Of a stretch of 64,000 bases of DNA, positions 1-11,991 are shown in pieces. Position numbers and translations under genes: made by a program. The stretch spans positions 764,131-828,130 of the forward strand of contig NC_134033.1 in assembly GCF_964204645.1 (NCBI RefSeq). Direction: 5' to 3'. The DNA is from Tubulanus polymorphus. Its lineage: Eukaryota > Animalia > Nemertea. Position 1 is the first letter of the stretch; the number at the start of each line of letters is the position of its first letter. The notes under the pieces were generated by a model. It was not told where the DNA came from, did not search any database, and was given only the letters and a program-made list of their open reading frames with translations.

Positions 1-110
1 CTTATACCAGAGTCTTTTGCGCCATAGATCTGCGCGTACTTTAGAACTGGCCCTTCCAGGCGAGCTATGTCCCCGATTTTACATCGGTACTTAGCACAAC
101 TAAATTCAAA

Positions 111-868
111 ATGGCGGCTCTTTTAAAGAAAAGAGCTTTAGCAGAATATAGTCAAGTAATACAGGTAAAAACAGCCTCGAAATTACATCCTTTATTCGTT
201 AGAATATAGAAATAGATTATTCAAACATATTTTATTTGTTAAAATTGAATTTGAGAGTTGAATTTCGCCGTAAAATCGATTTTAAAATGAATCTCAAATC
301 AAGACAAATTAAATTCGAACTGTTCACTTCAATTTTATTGTCAGTCATCAATCTGATGATGATCTAGTATTGCTAAAGGTTAGATATCATTTATATGTTC
401 ATATCTTCGGTCGGGACACCTAAACTGCAGACATACCAGTCCACAGCTTGTTGGGGCGGCGCATTCCCCAGAATGTAGTCAATAATGAGTTCACTCTTTG
501 ATTAGTTTCATGATCGGATATTTTCAGTAATTAACTACCCGAAATATTGTTGTTTTTAGGAGGAACCGAAGCCACCCGTCAAAAGATTAAAACTAGTTCA
601 TAAACCTCGTTTGAGCGAGTACTCGTTCGACGCGCGAGGATGTTCCAATCCTCACGAGGTGCTCGGTGTTTTATTAACTCTATCGGAGAATCTTCCACTA
701 CCGGTCGATTCCGCTCAGAAAACAGCGGTCAGCTGATCGAACTGTTTTACAAAGAGGAATCGGTGATTAAAGTCAAGGTCGTCTCGTTACTGGGAGAATT
801 GTGTAAAACTCCTGGTTTTAATCCGAATTCTCTCATCACTGAATTCATTACATTCCTTAAAACTGAGA
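111..868 (+). pseudogene. INTS4: INTS4 (Integrator subunit 4) 5' fragment, copy 1: exons 111-164 and 560-868, frameshifted
   Basis: The exons read MAALLKKRALAEYSQVIQ|EEPKPPVKRLKL..., and after the frameshift ...KEESVIKVKVVSLLGELCKTPGF, resembling the INTS4 N-terminus; GT-AG sites are canonical. A 1-bp deletion near 723 relative to copy 2 (AAAACAGC vs AAAACCAGC) gives an early TGA. No further INTS4 exons follow. Confidence 0.85.
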
Positions 869-904
869 GTAAGTTACCTTAATCTCTTTAGAGGCCTAAC
901 AGGT

Positions 905-1128
905 CTGGACTCAGTTCTGGATCCAGTTCCACAGTTCTGGACTCAGTTCTGGATCCAGTTCCACAGTTCTGGACTCAGTTCTGGATCCAGAGTTCCACAG
1001 TTCTGGACTCAGTTCCACATGTCTTGATTCAGTCCAACAGTTCTGGACTCAATTCCAGTTACTGAACCCAGTTCCACAGTTCTGGATCCAGTTCCACATT
1101 TCTGGACTCAGTTCCACATTTCTGGACT
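905..1128. repeat. Degenerate CTGGATCCAGTTCCACAGTT-type minisatellite at the INTS4/MFSD1 junction
   Basis: Repeated tctggactcagttccacag motifs. The same family occurs at ~24060-24240, 28945-29020, 59620-59800 and 60380-60575. Confidence 0.85.
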
Positions 1129-1638
1129 GTGTGTAGTGTAGCCCCTATGGAACTGGGAGGTCGTGTTGTATGTTGACTGATGATTGCGATGTTTGTATTT
1201 TTTACAGAGTGTTTTTTGAGATGAAATACACGTTTCACCCGTCGAGCGCGAACGCCATTAACAGTCTCGTTTATATAATCTCCGCCGCTGCTTCGCCCGT
1301 TTTCGGATTCTGTATCGATAAATCGGGCAAGAATTTATTCTGGGTTAACGCCGGAATAATTATTACTCTCGGATGTCACGCGTGTCTCGCGTTTACGTTC
1401 ATTAATCCTTACATTCCTATGGTAATTATTCTCGGATTTTATCGAGATTTAGGTGTTTATGATCGGAATCCAGTTACACAGCTGTGAGTTCATTCTCAAT
1501 TTGTTAACTCTTGGTTCAATTTGTTACTCATCACAACTGTTGAACTGTGATCCCGGCACCAAATGCTCACAAATGTTGTTTACAGTTAACTAGTGGATAG
1601 TTGACATAGTGACGATTAAAAGTTCATTGTTACTACGG

Positions 1639-1878
1639 CAGGGTTCGATCTAAGGAATAAAAACCATTTGCCCGTGCGGTAAGCTTATCGCCTGCCCCCT
1701 CAAAAATCTTTCCCACACAGGCAGACCGATTGGTGGTACAATCATCTGTTGTATCGAGTGGGAAAAAAGCTTTGAGACCTTGAATTGCACTAGCCCAGTG
1801 GACTAGTGATCGTGATAACCGACTCTTGCCCTAATGAGAATTATACTTGTCCCGGACAAGTGCCTAGATCGGACCCTG
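1639..1878. mobile_element. Non-autonomous hAT-like MITE (CAGGG termini, 5-bp TSD)
   Basis: Ends are CAGGGTTCGATCTAAG ... CCTAGATCGGACCCTG with flanks TACGG/TATGG. A homologous copy lies in the opposite orientation at 19608-19858. Confidence 0.8.
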
Positions 1879-1888
1879 TATGGTTATT

Positions 1889-2113
1889 CCCATCCTCCCT
1901 CGCCAGGGATTCGAACCTGAATGCATCGCTACACTCGGCCACGGCACGAACCCCTGCCACAGTAGACCGGGTGCGCAGCTTTGCCGCGCAAAAACTTGCG
2001 GCGCCAATCAGATTGCTGCCTGTGTAGCTGCACACTCGGTCTAGTGTGGTAGGGTTTCGTACTGTGGCAATCTCGATGCCATCAGGTTCGAGTCCCTGCC
2101 GGGGGAGGATGGG
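1889..2113. mobile_element. Palindromic element made of two inverted tRNA-like heads
   Basis: Arms 1889-1980 and 2026-2113 are imperfect reverse complements, each with a GGTTCGARTCC B box. TTATT direct repeats flank the element. Confidence 0.7.
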
Positions 2114-4174
2114 TTATTTATCTGTTGGTTATCTTTAACCAACTATAGAGTAACTGCCGCCTCTCACTGATATTTGTAGAGTATAATGGGTTTAGCGTAT
2201 TCGAATCTGGCCAGCGCGCTGTGGCCGATGGTTTCACTCGTCGTACCGGAATATCAATTAGGAACCGCCTATGGCATGTGAGTATCTTATCGATATCAGT
2301 TTCTAATGCGTTACGTGGGACGGGTTTGAGAGTCGATTCTGATAATTGTTTGTCGTTTTATAGAATACAGTCCGTACAGAATTTAGGACTAGCCGTGATT
2401 TCGCTTGTGGCCGGAATTATTGTGGATGGTCATGGGTATCTCATGCTGGAACTATTCTTCCTAGCCTGGTTGTGTTGTAAGTATCTTCAGATCTGTTTGG
2501 GCATGGAGTGTCCAGGGTGAAATCAGGGAAAGTCGGGGAAATTTATTTTCTTTAGAAAGAGTCGTGGATATTTGTTTATATTTCTAGATTGCTTGTCTTA
2601 TCAAACAGTTTCCATTCTATGTTTTACGTATTTGACTTGGTGTTAATTGATCGGATTCAAGTCAAGGAAACAACTTAAGACCACAGTCTTAACACATTTA
2701 TTCTAGGTCAACTCAGAGCGACATCCGAGTTGGATGGTACAGTAGAGTACTATGCCTGAGAAACCACTTACCTTGAAAACTGGAAAAAGTCAGAGAATTT
2801 TGTTTTTGAAAAACTAAAAATCTTGGAAATGTTAGGGAAATTTGTTGAGATTGCTAGATTGCTTGTCTAATCAAACAGTTTCTGTCTATGTTTTACGCAT
2901 TTATTATTGTGTTAATTGATTGGGTTCTTAGCAGATCAATTCAGGGAAAAACGGGAATAGTCAGGGGGATAAGCAAGTCAAATAAAAGTGGCCAGCCCGG
3001 GGTGTATTTAACTGTTCACGGTTTACAATGATGATATGTTTATATGTATTTCAGTGTCTCTGATAGCTGGTGTATTATTATACCTGGTTGATGCAGCTCG
3101 CGGTGGAGTCTTAAACCGTTCCGCTAGAAAGAGACGACTTCTAGAAAAAGCTTTGGAAGAGTGAGTAAAATTTTTGCCGCCGTCGAAGAAATTCGATTCA
3201 AAATTTGAGATAAAACGGATCATCAAAGACTAAAATCTGGAATCGGATAACTTTCTTGGACTCGGTTAGCTACATGTATTTCATTGTAAACATTGTTTTC
3301 AGAAAGTCAGTGAATTAAGAATGAACTATAAATTCCGGTAGCAGACGACCCGTCGATTTCAAACTACAAACTCTTCCTGCTTCGTCATGGTGCTAAAACA
3401 GTTCCTATTGTTGGAAACAATAAACGGTATTGAAGATGTAAAATACAGTTATATTTCTAGTTTATTTTGTAAATCACACTCAGTCCGGTTTAAACATTGT
3501 ACAGAATAAAAATAAATATTTAATAATCTTTACTGACTGGTGCCTTTGTTTGTTTGTTTCGCTTTACAAACTATAGACCTCGGGATTCAGGGCTGATTGG
3601 ATTGGAATGTAATTGTAGGTTTATTATCATCAATGGACGGATCTACTGATGAAATACATCTGGATTCAAACAGATTTTTATGTGACTTTTTTCGTGTTAC
3701 ATCAGGCACAAGAAATCTTTTTGCGACCGGTGCCGGCGGCGTAAATGATTTCGATATATTTTCATTGCTTTTACACGGTGGGATTTTCCGAAAAAATTCA
3801 CGGGGTATTTTCTGCGTCTTTTTGACTCAAAAGGGAATTAGATTCTTCCTGTTTCTGTGATTTTGATAAACTAATTGTTTCGTAAATATGTAATCGGAGC
3901 GGGCCTGATTTCGTTGCGCCTATTGCGCACGCTCTCTAGTTACTGCCCGGGGCGGTGAATGAGTCGCCGCGCTATATTACCGCCATCTCCAGTATCGACT
4001 CGGAGTGGCACGTTATACTCGCCGCGGTTACCACTGCGTAGACTCTAGTTGGGTGCTCGGAGCGCTTATACCAGAGTCTTTCGCGCCATAGATCTGCGCG
4101 TACTTTAGAACTGGCCCTCCCAGGCGAGCTATGTCCCCGATTTTACATCGGTACTTAGCACAACTAAATTCAAA

Positions 4175-4930
4175 ATGGCGGCTCTTTTAAAGAAAAGAGC
4201 TTTAGCAGAATATAGTCAAGTAATACAGGTAAAAACAGCCTCGAAATTACATCCTTTATTCGTTAGAATATAGAAATAGATTATTCAAACATATTTTATT
4301 TGTTAAAATTGAATTTGAGAGTTGAATTTCGCCGTAAAATCGATTTTAAAATGAATCTCAAATCAAGACAAATTAAATTCGAACTGTTCACTTCAATTTT
4401 ATTGTCAGTCATCAATCTGATGATGATCTAGTATTGCTAAAGGTTAGATATCATTTATATGTTCATATCTTCGGTCGGGACACCGAAACTGCAGACATAC
4501 CAGTCCACATCTTCTTGGGGCGGCGCATTCCCCAGAATGTAGTCAATGAGTTCACTCTTTGATTAGTTTCATGATCGGATATTTTCAGTAATTAACTACC
4601 CGAAATATTGTTGTTTTTAGGAGGAACCGAAGCCACCCGTCAAAAGATTAAAACTAGTTCATAAACCTCGTTTGAGCGAGTACTCGTTCGACGCGCGAGG
4701 ATGTTCCAATCCTCACGAGGTGCTCGGTGTTTTATTAACTCTATCGGAGAATCTTCCACTACCGGTCGATTCCGCTCAGAAAACCAGCGGTCAGCTGATC
4801 GAACTGTTTTACAAAGAGGAATCGGTGATTAAAGTCAAGGTCGTCTCGTTACTGGGAGAATTGTGTAAAACTCCTGGTTTTAATCCGAATTCTCTCATCA
4901 CTGAATTCATTACATTCCTTAAAACTGAGA
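4175..4930 (+). pseudogene. INTS4: INTS4 5' fragment, copy 2 (exons 4175-4228, 4621-4930), frame intact but gene truncated
   Basis: Same two exons as copy 1 with an open frame, followed by an MFSD1 exon instead of INTS4 exon 3. Confidence 0.85.
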
Positions 4931-5052
4931 GTAAGTTACCTTAATCTCTTTAAGGGGCTAACAGGTCTGGACTGTGTGTAGTGTAGCCCCTATGGAACTG
5001 GGAGGTCGTGTTGAATGTTGACTGATGATTGCGATGTTTGTATTTTTTACAG

Positions 5053-5266
5053 GGTGTTTTTTGAGATGAAATACACATTTCACCCGTCGAGCGCGAACGC
5101 CGTTAACAGTCTCGTTTATATAATCTCCGCCGCTGCTTCGCCCGTTTTCGGATTCTGTATCGATAAATCGGGCAAGAATTTATTCTGGGTTAACGCCGGA
5201 ATAATTATTACTCTCGGATGTCACGCGTGTCTCGCGTTTACGTTCATTAATCCTTACATTCCTATG
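5053..5266 (+). pseudogene. MFSD1: Isolated MFSD1 exon, copy 2
   Basis: Duplicate of exon 1208-1421; the downstream exons are replaced by transposon sequence. Confidence 0.8.
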
Positions 5267-5609
5267 GTAATTATTCTCGGATTTTATCAAGATTTAGCTG
5301 TTTATGATCTGAATCCAGTTACACAGCTGTGAGTTCATTCTCAATTTGTTAACTCTTGGTTCAATTCATTATTCATCGCAGCTGTTGAACTGTGATCCCG
5401 GCACCAAATGCTCACAAATGTTGTTAACAGTTAACTAGCGGATAGTTGACGTAGTGACGATTAAAAGTTCATTGTTACTACGGCAGGGTTCGATCTAAGG
5501 AATAAAAACCATGCCCGTGTGGTAAGCTTATCGCCTGCCCCCTCAAAAATCTTTCCCACACAGGCAGACTGATTGGTGGTACAATCATCTGTTGTATCGA
5601 GTGGGAAAA

Positions 5610-8248
5610 GCCACAATCAGCCACAGCGGATATACCATAGAACTCAAATCAATTTGATCTGAGTTCATTAATATACAGAATTGTTAATATTTTACAATTG
5701 AATTTATTACAACTATGTTAGTTATTACAATTATTATTTTTATTTTGCAGGCCAATAATGGACTCATATATTGCAAAAGATACTGTCCTGAAATCCGAGA
5801 TAATTTATGCTTTGAATATGATAAACAATCACCACAGTTACAATTCCTGTTCTGGAATGAATGACATACTTAAGGCATGCTTTCCAGACAGTCAAATAGC
5901 CGAGATGTTTTCACTTAGTCAACAGAAAGCAGCATATCTAGTTCGTTTTGGTATTATGCCACATGTAAAGGATCTAATGAGACGGAAAATCAAAGACCAA
6001 CAATACGTGTTACTATTCGACGAATCATTGAATCAGCGTACGCAAACTAAACAGTTGGATGTGTTAATTAGGTTCTGGGACCATGATGTAGTAAGGTCTT
6101 CGTATTACGGTTCAGACTTCATTGGACGAGCGACTGCAGACGATATGCTGCATTCATTTATGGACACATTTGGAGATCTCAATTACTCCAATCTTTATCA
6201 ACTGTCCATGGATGGTCCAAATGTGAATTGGAAATTTTATGAATTGTTGCAACAAGAAATTTCAAGTATGTGTAAAGTCTATTCTGAACATAGGCAGCTG
6301 TGGCTTACATGTCATGCATAATGCCTTCAAAGCCGGCGACCATGCTACTGACTGGGATTTGGAGTCACTTCTTATCAACCTGCGTTATTTGTTCAAAGAT
6401 GCTCCTGTCAGAAGAGAAATGTTTGCTGAGGTCACTGGTAGTCAGAAGTTTCCATATAAATTTTGCTCTACTAGGTAAGTGAATTGGATTTTAGTTGTTA
6501 TTGAAATACATGTACTTAATTAGGCAATCCAAATTACCCTGGTTATCAATTATTGTTTTATCTCCTTGCCGTATGTTAGCAGTTAAACTCAACATTTCTA
6601 TTTTTGTTTTAGATGGCTGGATAACCTGCCAGCTGCAGAACGTGCGATTGAACTATGGCCGTATATCATAAAATTCGTGGAGCACGTTCAAACTTTGAAA
6701 AAGGCTAACATACCGACATCGAAACCATATTTATACATAAAAGACTTAGCGTCATCTGATATGGTATTGCCGAGACTGCATGCGTATGTATCTATTGCAA
6801 AAACAGTTACACCGTTCTTAACCATCTACCAGACGGACAGGCCAATGCTGCCATTTTTGGCGGAAGACATACATAATGTTCTCCGATTACTGATGAAGCG
6901 ATTCATCAAAAGTGATATAATTCGGGAAGCAGATACTCTCACTAAGTTGATCAAGATAGATACAAAAAAGGAATCGAATTATTGCGTTCATTCTAAAATC
7001 GACATCGGATTTATCGCGGAGGCAAAAGTTAAGGAACTTATTGCAGTTGGAAAAGCAAGTCAGCGCCAGTTTCTCGATCTGAGAATGAACACTCGAAAAT
7101 TTCTTATCAGTTTAGTGGATAAAATAATAGCCAAAGCGCCGATCCAATATTCTTTGGTTAGAAATATGGTATGTTTAAATCCGAACGAGCTTGCCGCTAA
7201 TTGTGACCAAAGTCGCGCTCAGTTCAAGAGAATAATAAGTTCATTGTCGAGCTCGAATCATATAGATGATTCGGATTGTGATACCGTGTTAAACCAAATG
7301 GACGAATTCATCAATAGCGTAGTCGTAAAAACTAAATCGGATTTTGTGAGCTTCAACAAAAAAACAGATCGATTAGATACTTTCTATCATAAACATATGC
7401 AATGCAATTCATCATTTGATAAATTATGGTCAGTTATAAGCAACCTGCTGTTATTATCTCATGGGCAGGCTTCTGTAGAGAGAGGGTTTTCGGTAAATAA
7501 GCAGATCGAGGTTGAAAACCTAGCTAATGAATCGTATGAAGCTCAAAGAATGATTGTAGACCACATTCGATCCGTAGGTGGTGTGCTGAAAGTACAAATT
7601 ACCAAGGAGTTACTTCTTTCCGCATCTCAGGCATATTCGAAGTACAAGGCCTATCTGGAGAAATGTAAGGCTGATTCAGAAAAAAGTGCTAGGGGTATTA
7701 AGCGTGAAGCCGAATGTGACGAATTGGAGAAATTAAAACGAAAAAAGAAATTGCTTGAAATTGACATCGAGTCGCTCACCACCTCCGCAAATAAGTTTAT
7801 TGAGCAAGCAGAACGGGCAACAGCTTTAAAAGATGTTCGTCCACTGATTACGAAATCAGTGTCATTCCGCAAATCGGCCAATGATAAACGTGCAGAAATT
7901 AATGACATTTCAGAACTTATTGATAAAAGACAAGAAGCACTAAAAGGACTTTAAGATGTTACTTTGATATATCAATGCTTTACCGGTTTAGGTTTATGTA
8001 AATAAAAGATTAATCATTTGTCTGCACCATGAAGTATATGAGTATATAATTATGAAATAAAATTAATATTCTAACAAATTAATAATTTGTCTTTTTAACG
8101 TTTGTTCTTTTATAGTTAAGTTTGTCGTTTCATGGTCATTCCTCGGGGTTTCAGATATGAAATTAGGGTTGGAGAGGTCATTGAATTGGGATTGAAAAGG
8201 TCATGGAAAGTCATTGAATCAGATAGGTCATGGAAGCTTTGAACCCTG
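5610..8248 (+). mobile_element. 5'-truncated hAT-superfamily DNA transposon with an intron-containing transposase (coding ~5751-6474 with a frameshift near 6270, intron 6475-6612, exon 6613-7954)
   Basis: Motifs LLFDES, QLSMDGPNVN, CGLH (CxxH), TRWL across the intron and SHGQASVERGFS fit the hAT DDE core. The right end is GAACCCTG at 8241-8248, with subterminal AGGTCAT(T/G)GAA repeats. Confidence 0.85.
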
Positions 8249-8494
8249 CTATGGATATACGGATATATATATATATATGGATCTGTTTGTTCGAATTCAT
8301 ATGAAATAAAATCCATTGATGTAAAATCAATGACCATTTGAGTAAATACTAGCTATATTCTTTAAGCATACTCCATAATGCTCATTTATTGTTTTAGCTG
8401 TAAATGTATTAGTTTCAGTGAAATTATTTTCGATCGAATTTTAACCATTTCGAACTTGTTGTTAGAATCGCGAGGCCTACTAGCATCCAGGACT

Positions 8495-8600
8495 CGGTTT
8501 TATAGGCTGGTATCATCTTTAACCCGGGGGTTAAAGATTGAATTCATTGAAAATGAATTGAGTTTACCCCCGGGTTATAGATGATACCAGCCTATAAAAC
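8495..8600. mobile_element. Palindromic MITE (GGTTTTATAGRCTGGTAT...ATACCAGYCTATAAAAC); related copies at ~16385, 21252-21363 and ~59090-59180
   Basis: Long inverted repeat found in several dispersed copies in the window. Confidence 0.75.
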
Positions 8601-9525
8601 AGGACTCAAAATTCGTGTAATTCCGATGAATATTTATCCTATATCTTATTTTACCTACGTATCTTAATATCGGACTTCGATAACCCCAGTTTTATTTGAC
8701 TATCGATTCAGTTCCACAGTTGCGCGGGTTTAATTTGACCGATATGGAAAAAAATGTTCGAAATTCAAATGATTAGATTAATTTCAAGTGTATCTAATAC
8801 TAGAATATTACCCGTGGAAATCACGGGTGATATCCTTTGGCCCAGAACTTCAAACTGTTTATTCGCAATGGAATTAAGTGGGGCCATTGAAATCTTTGTG
8901 TCCATGCCCGTGGAGACCCTATGAGCTTTGATGACCTGTCCCCCTGGACCGGGAACTATCGGAGGTAAACAGAATATGTATGAAGCTACGCGGGACTCGT
9001 ACTCCTAATCCACGAGATGCTAACCTTGACCCCTACTATCTGGGCCATTGCAACTAAATAAAGTTACTTAATGTAGAATTGTTTTGAAGCAGTAAGAGTC
9101 TATAATTAGAATTCCTGCTTACTGATTGGCTGAAATTTTGTCTGCCTCCGTTTGCCCCCCCCCCCCCTATAAATATTTTCACACCCGTTTACACCCGTTG
9201 CATTAGTTTATACAATGATTGACTACCACACACAATTTCAAGTTGCAATTCTTCTCCACGGCGACGCTGTTTGGTACATAGTTTCGTAATAATATATCAG
9301 ATTTTCGTGGACACTGAAACATAAAATTTTCACTGCGCATTTCATTTTCCTGCAATATATTATTGATTTCGTGCATAGAAAACTTGAAATATTTTATTAA
9401 TGTTTATTCTATGAAAATATGGCCTATTGGATTAATTCTAATTCAAACACTTTGACAACAGCTGAATTTGCTATAAAGGGCCGCAGTTTTAACTTGTTTT
9501 CATTCGTTGTGGTCAGAATTTCATC

Positions 9526-11991
9526 ATGAATTTCGCTGTTTTGGTTTGTGCTGTTGCCGTACTCGGGACACAGGTAAAAACTGTTCATGCTTCGAACTTT
9601 TCTAGCGAAATTGCAAAAAAGTTCCCCGATGATATTTGCCAGAAAAAAGATTAACATTAAGATGAGATCAGATGTTTAGAAAATCGTAATATTACTTATA
9701 TGATTAGATTACTGGTGCCGCCCCGTAATTAGTATAATCTACTTTTACTGCTAAATTGTTCTTTGTTTTTCCCTTTTTCATTTTATCCAAAATGTCGATA
9801 ATAATTACTTGCTTTGGCTATAGAACCTAAGATGAGCTGAGACTGGTCTTAAGTTGTTAGATTGGTTATAGAACCAAAATGAGTTTAGACTGGTCTTAAG
9901 TTGTTAGATTGGTTATAGAACTAAAATGAGTTTAGACTGGTCTTAAGTTGTTAGATTGACTATAGAACTAAAATGAGTTTAGACTGGTCTTAAGTTGTTA
10001 GATTGGTTATAGAACCAAAATGAGCTTAGACTGGTCTTTAGTTGTTATTTGGTTATAGAACCAAAATGAGTTTAGACTGGTCTTAAGTTGTTATATTGGT
10101 TATAGAAATAAAATAAGTTTAGACTGGTCTTTAGTTGTTATTTGGTTATAGAACCAAAATTAGCTTAGACTGGTCTTAAGTTGTTAGATTGGTTATAGAA
10201 CCAAAATGAGCTTGGACTGGTCTTAAGTTGTTAGATTGACTATAGAACCAAAATGAGTTTAGACTGGTCTTAAGTTGTTAGATTGGTTAAAGAACTAAAA
10301 TGTGTTTAGACTGGTCTTAAGTTGTTGAATTCTGTTTTTTTTCTTTCAGTTGATTGTGTTTGCAGCTGGTCACACAGCACCTGCTTGGGTATCGGATTAT
10401 CGAGAGGCCTATACTCCCCCGGTTAATAATGTATCTGTAGTAAGTTTACACGTCATGTTCGGCGGTTGGTTTCCAAGATTTACTCCACTGGATCGTTCAT
10501 CTCAATATCACGACGAGTCCTCGGCCGTGAAGCCACCAGGATTCGAACCCGCTGGTCTCACTCGGTGCAACAGCATCACGCCTTAATGTCGTGATAGGTT
10601 ATCACTCTACCAGCAATTTTGTTTTTCAGTTTACCGTTTTGGACTGTATCTCGAACGGGCACTACCTCGTGCCCGCCGCACAGTGCGACGTGGTTTCTAT
10701 CAGCAGAAACGTGGGCGATGAATTCCAAAGTAAGTTCGTGATTAGACGGTGTAAATAGATCTGTGTTTCTGCCTGTTCAAACGTTCTCCATATTTAGCTG
10801 GTTATTTTTGTCTATTCTCTATATTATGTAATTATTGACTTGAGTTTTCATCGTATCAGTAACAAACGACGTGAAATCACTCGCCAAAACCGTTATGCTA
10901 TTTTCAATGCAGCCCTTGTCACTCACATGGGTGTTTCTGATATTTGCAATATAGTTTAGTGGAAATTTCCAAGTCTGATCAAAACTTTTCCTCTAATCGA
11001 TGTTTTTATATCGAAACAATTTGTTCATCAACGCTTTTCATTAAACTCGTTTTAGTTTTCTCTATTCTCTTTTTAGTATATGATGTAAAACCAATGAGTA
11101 TATTACATTTGGATTTCAGGCTGACTAAATTTTTTATAGATTTCTATTTTCTATATTTCAGCCAGGGACGCTTTCTTCGCTGCCGCTTGTGAGGTAAGTA
11201 AAGCATTGAATAAACACGCGTTGCTGCATTTTACTAAACAATTCCATTTTTGATACATCTTCATATAATTCATTAAGGATTTTACTCGTGATTTCGAATA
11301 TTATTAGGATATCATGCATATGACGATTGATGGAATAAACTCTGATTGCGTGTTGTAAAGTTGATATAAAATCCTTGCACACTAGAAATAAAAAGAGTAT
11401 GAAATGTCTCCTTGAGCTAGTGTAGTTTATTCAACGTTTCGACTATATCCTAATAGTCATCTTCAGGAATACTGTATTCCTTGAGCAAGTGTAGTTTATT
11501 CAACGTTTCGACTTTACCCTAATAGACATCTTCAGGAATACTGTATTCCTTGAGCTAGTGTAGTTTGTTCAACGTTTCGACTATATCCTAATAGTCATCT
11601 TCAGGAATGCTGTAATCCTTGAGCTAGTGTAGTTTATTCAGCGTCTCGACTTTATCCTAATAGTCATCTTCAGGAATACTGTATTCCTTGAGCTAGTGTA
11701 GTTAATTCAACGTTTCCACTATATCCTAATAGTCACCTTCAGAAATACTGATGTCGTCCTCATTTTAACCATAGATGAATCAGTCTGATTCTGAGTTATG
11801 TAAGATGATATAAAGTCGAATAAATATTTTGTTTAATATTTTCTTTTTTCTCTAATTAACAGAATCAGAAAGCCAACAAGGGTCGAAATGCAATTCACTG
11901 CACTTCTTGGCGGCCGTGCCGCGGGGTGTTACAATCTACAAGTCCAAAACCGTTGCGTCCGATGATTTCTTGCGTTCCGCGTAACCTATAA
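9526..11991 (+). CDS. Unrecognised small secreted six-Cys protein, paralog A (exons 9526-9573, 10350-10439, 10630-10729, 11162-11193, 11863-11991; ~132 aa)
   Basis: MNFAVLVCAVAVLGTQ|LIVFAAGHTAPAWVSDYREAYTPPVNNVSV|FTVLDCISNGHYLVPAAQCDVVSISRNVGDEFQ|TRDAFFAAACE|NQKANKGRNAIHCTSWRPCRGVLQSTSPKPLRPMISCVPRNL*. All introns are GT-AG, TATAAA lies near 9472, and intron phases are shared with paralog B. Confidence 0.85.
9813..10326. repeat. ~47-bp minisatellite in intron 1 of paralog A
   Basis: Tandem TTAGATTGGTTATAGAACCAAAATGAGYTTAGACTGGTCTTAAGTTG units; the same array is at 14132-14550. Confidence 0.9.
11409..11750 (-). ncRNA. Tandem array (5 x 69 bp) of minimal type I hammerhead-ribozyme motifs (Penelope-like/retrozyme type)
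   Basis: Minus-strand unit: TATTC-CTGAAGA-T-GACTAT(taggat)ATAGTC-GAAA-CGT-T-GAATA, i.e. stem I, CUGANGA core, stem II, GAAA and a palindromic ACGU helix III. The copy at 11409 is intact; the copies at 11616 and 11685 have core mutations. Confidence 0.75.

Larger units (their letters stand above)
1208..3318 (+). pseudogene. MFSD1: MFSD1 3' exons only (1208-1421, 2180-2277, 2364-2476, 3055-3160, 3303-3318)
   Basis: The spliced translation VFFEMKYTFHPSSANAINSLVYIISAAASPVFG...ALWPMVSLVVPEYQLGTAYG..QSVQNLGLAVIS...GGVLNRSAR matches the MFSD1 C-terminal half. Exon phases are consistent and AATAAA lies near 3505. INTS4 exons stand where the upstream MFSD1 exons should be. Confidence 0.85.
1..5609 (+). 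repeat. Tandem segmental duplication, period ~4064 bp (1-~1765 repeated at 4065-5609)
   Basis: Near-identical sequence at an offset of ~4064. Copy 2 lacks the 905-1125 satellite block and is truncated at ~5609. Confidence 0.95.

Noticed and set aside
111-3318. Functional in-frame INTS4-MFSD1 fusion protein
   Set aside because: Copy 1 INTS4 exon 2 is frameshifted to an early stop. In copy 2 the donor is phase 1 and the MFSD1 acceptor phase 2, giving a stop within a few codons.
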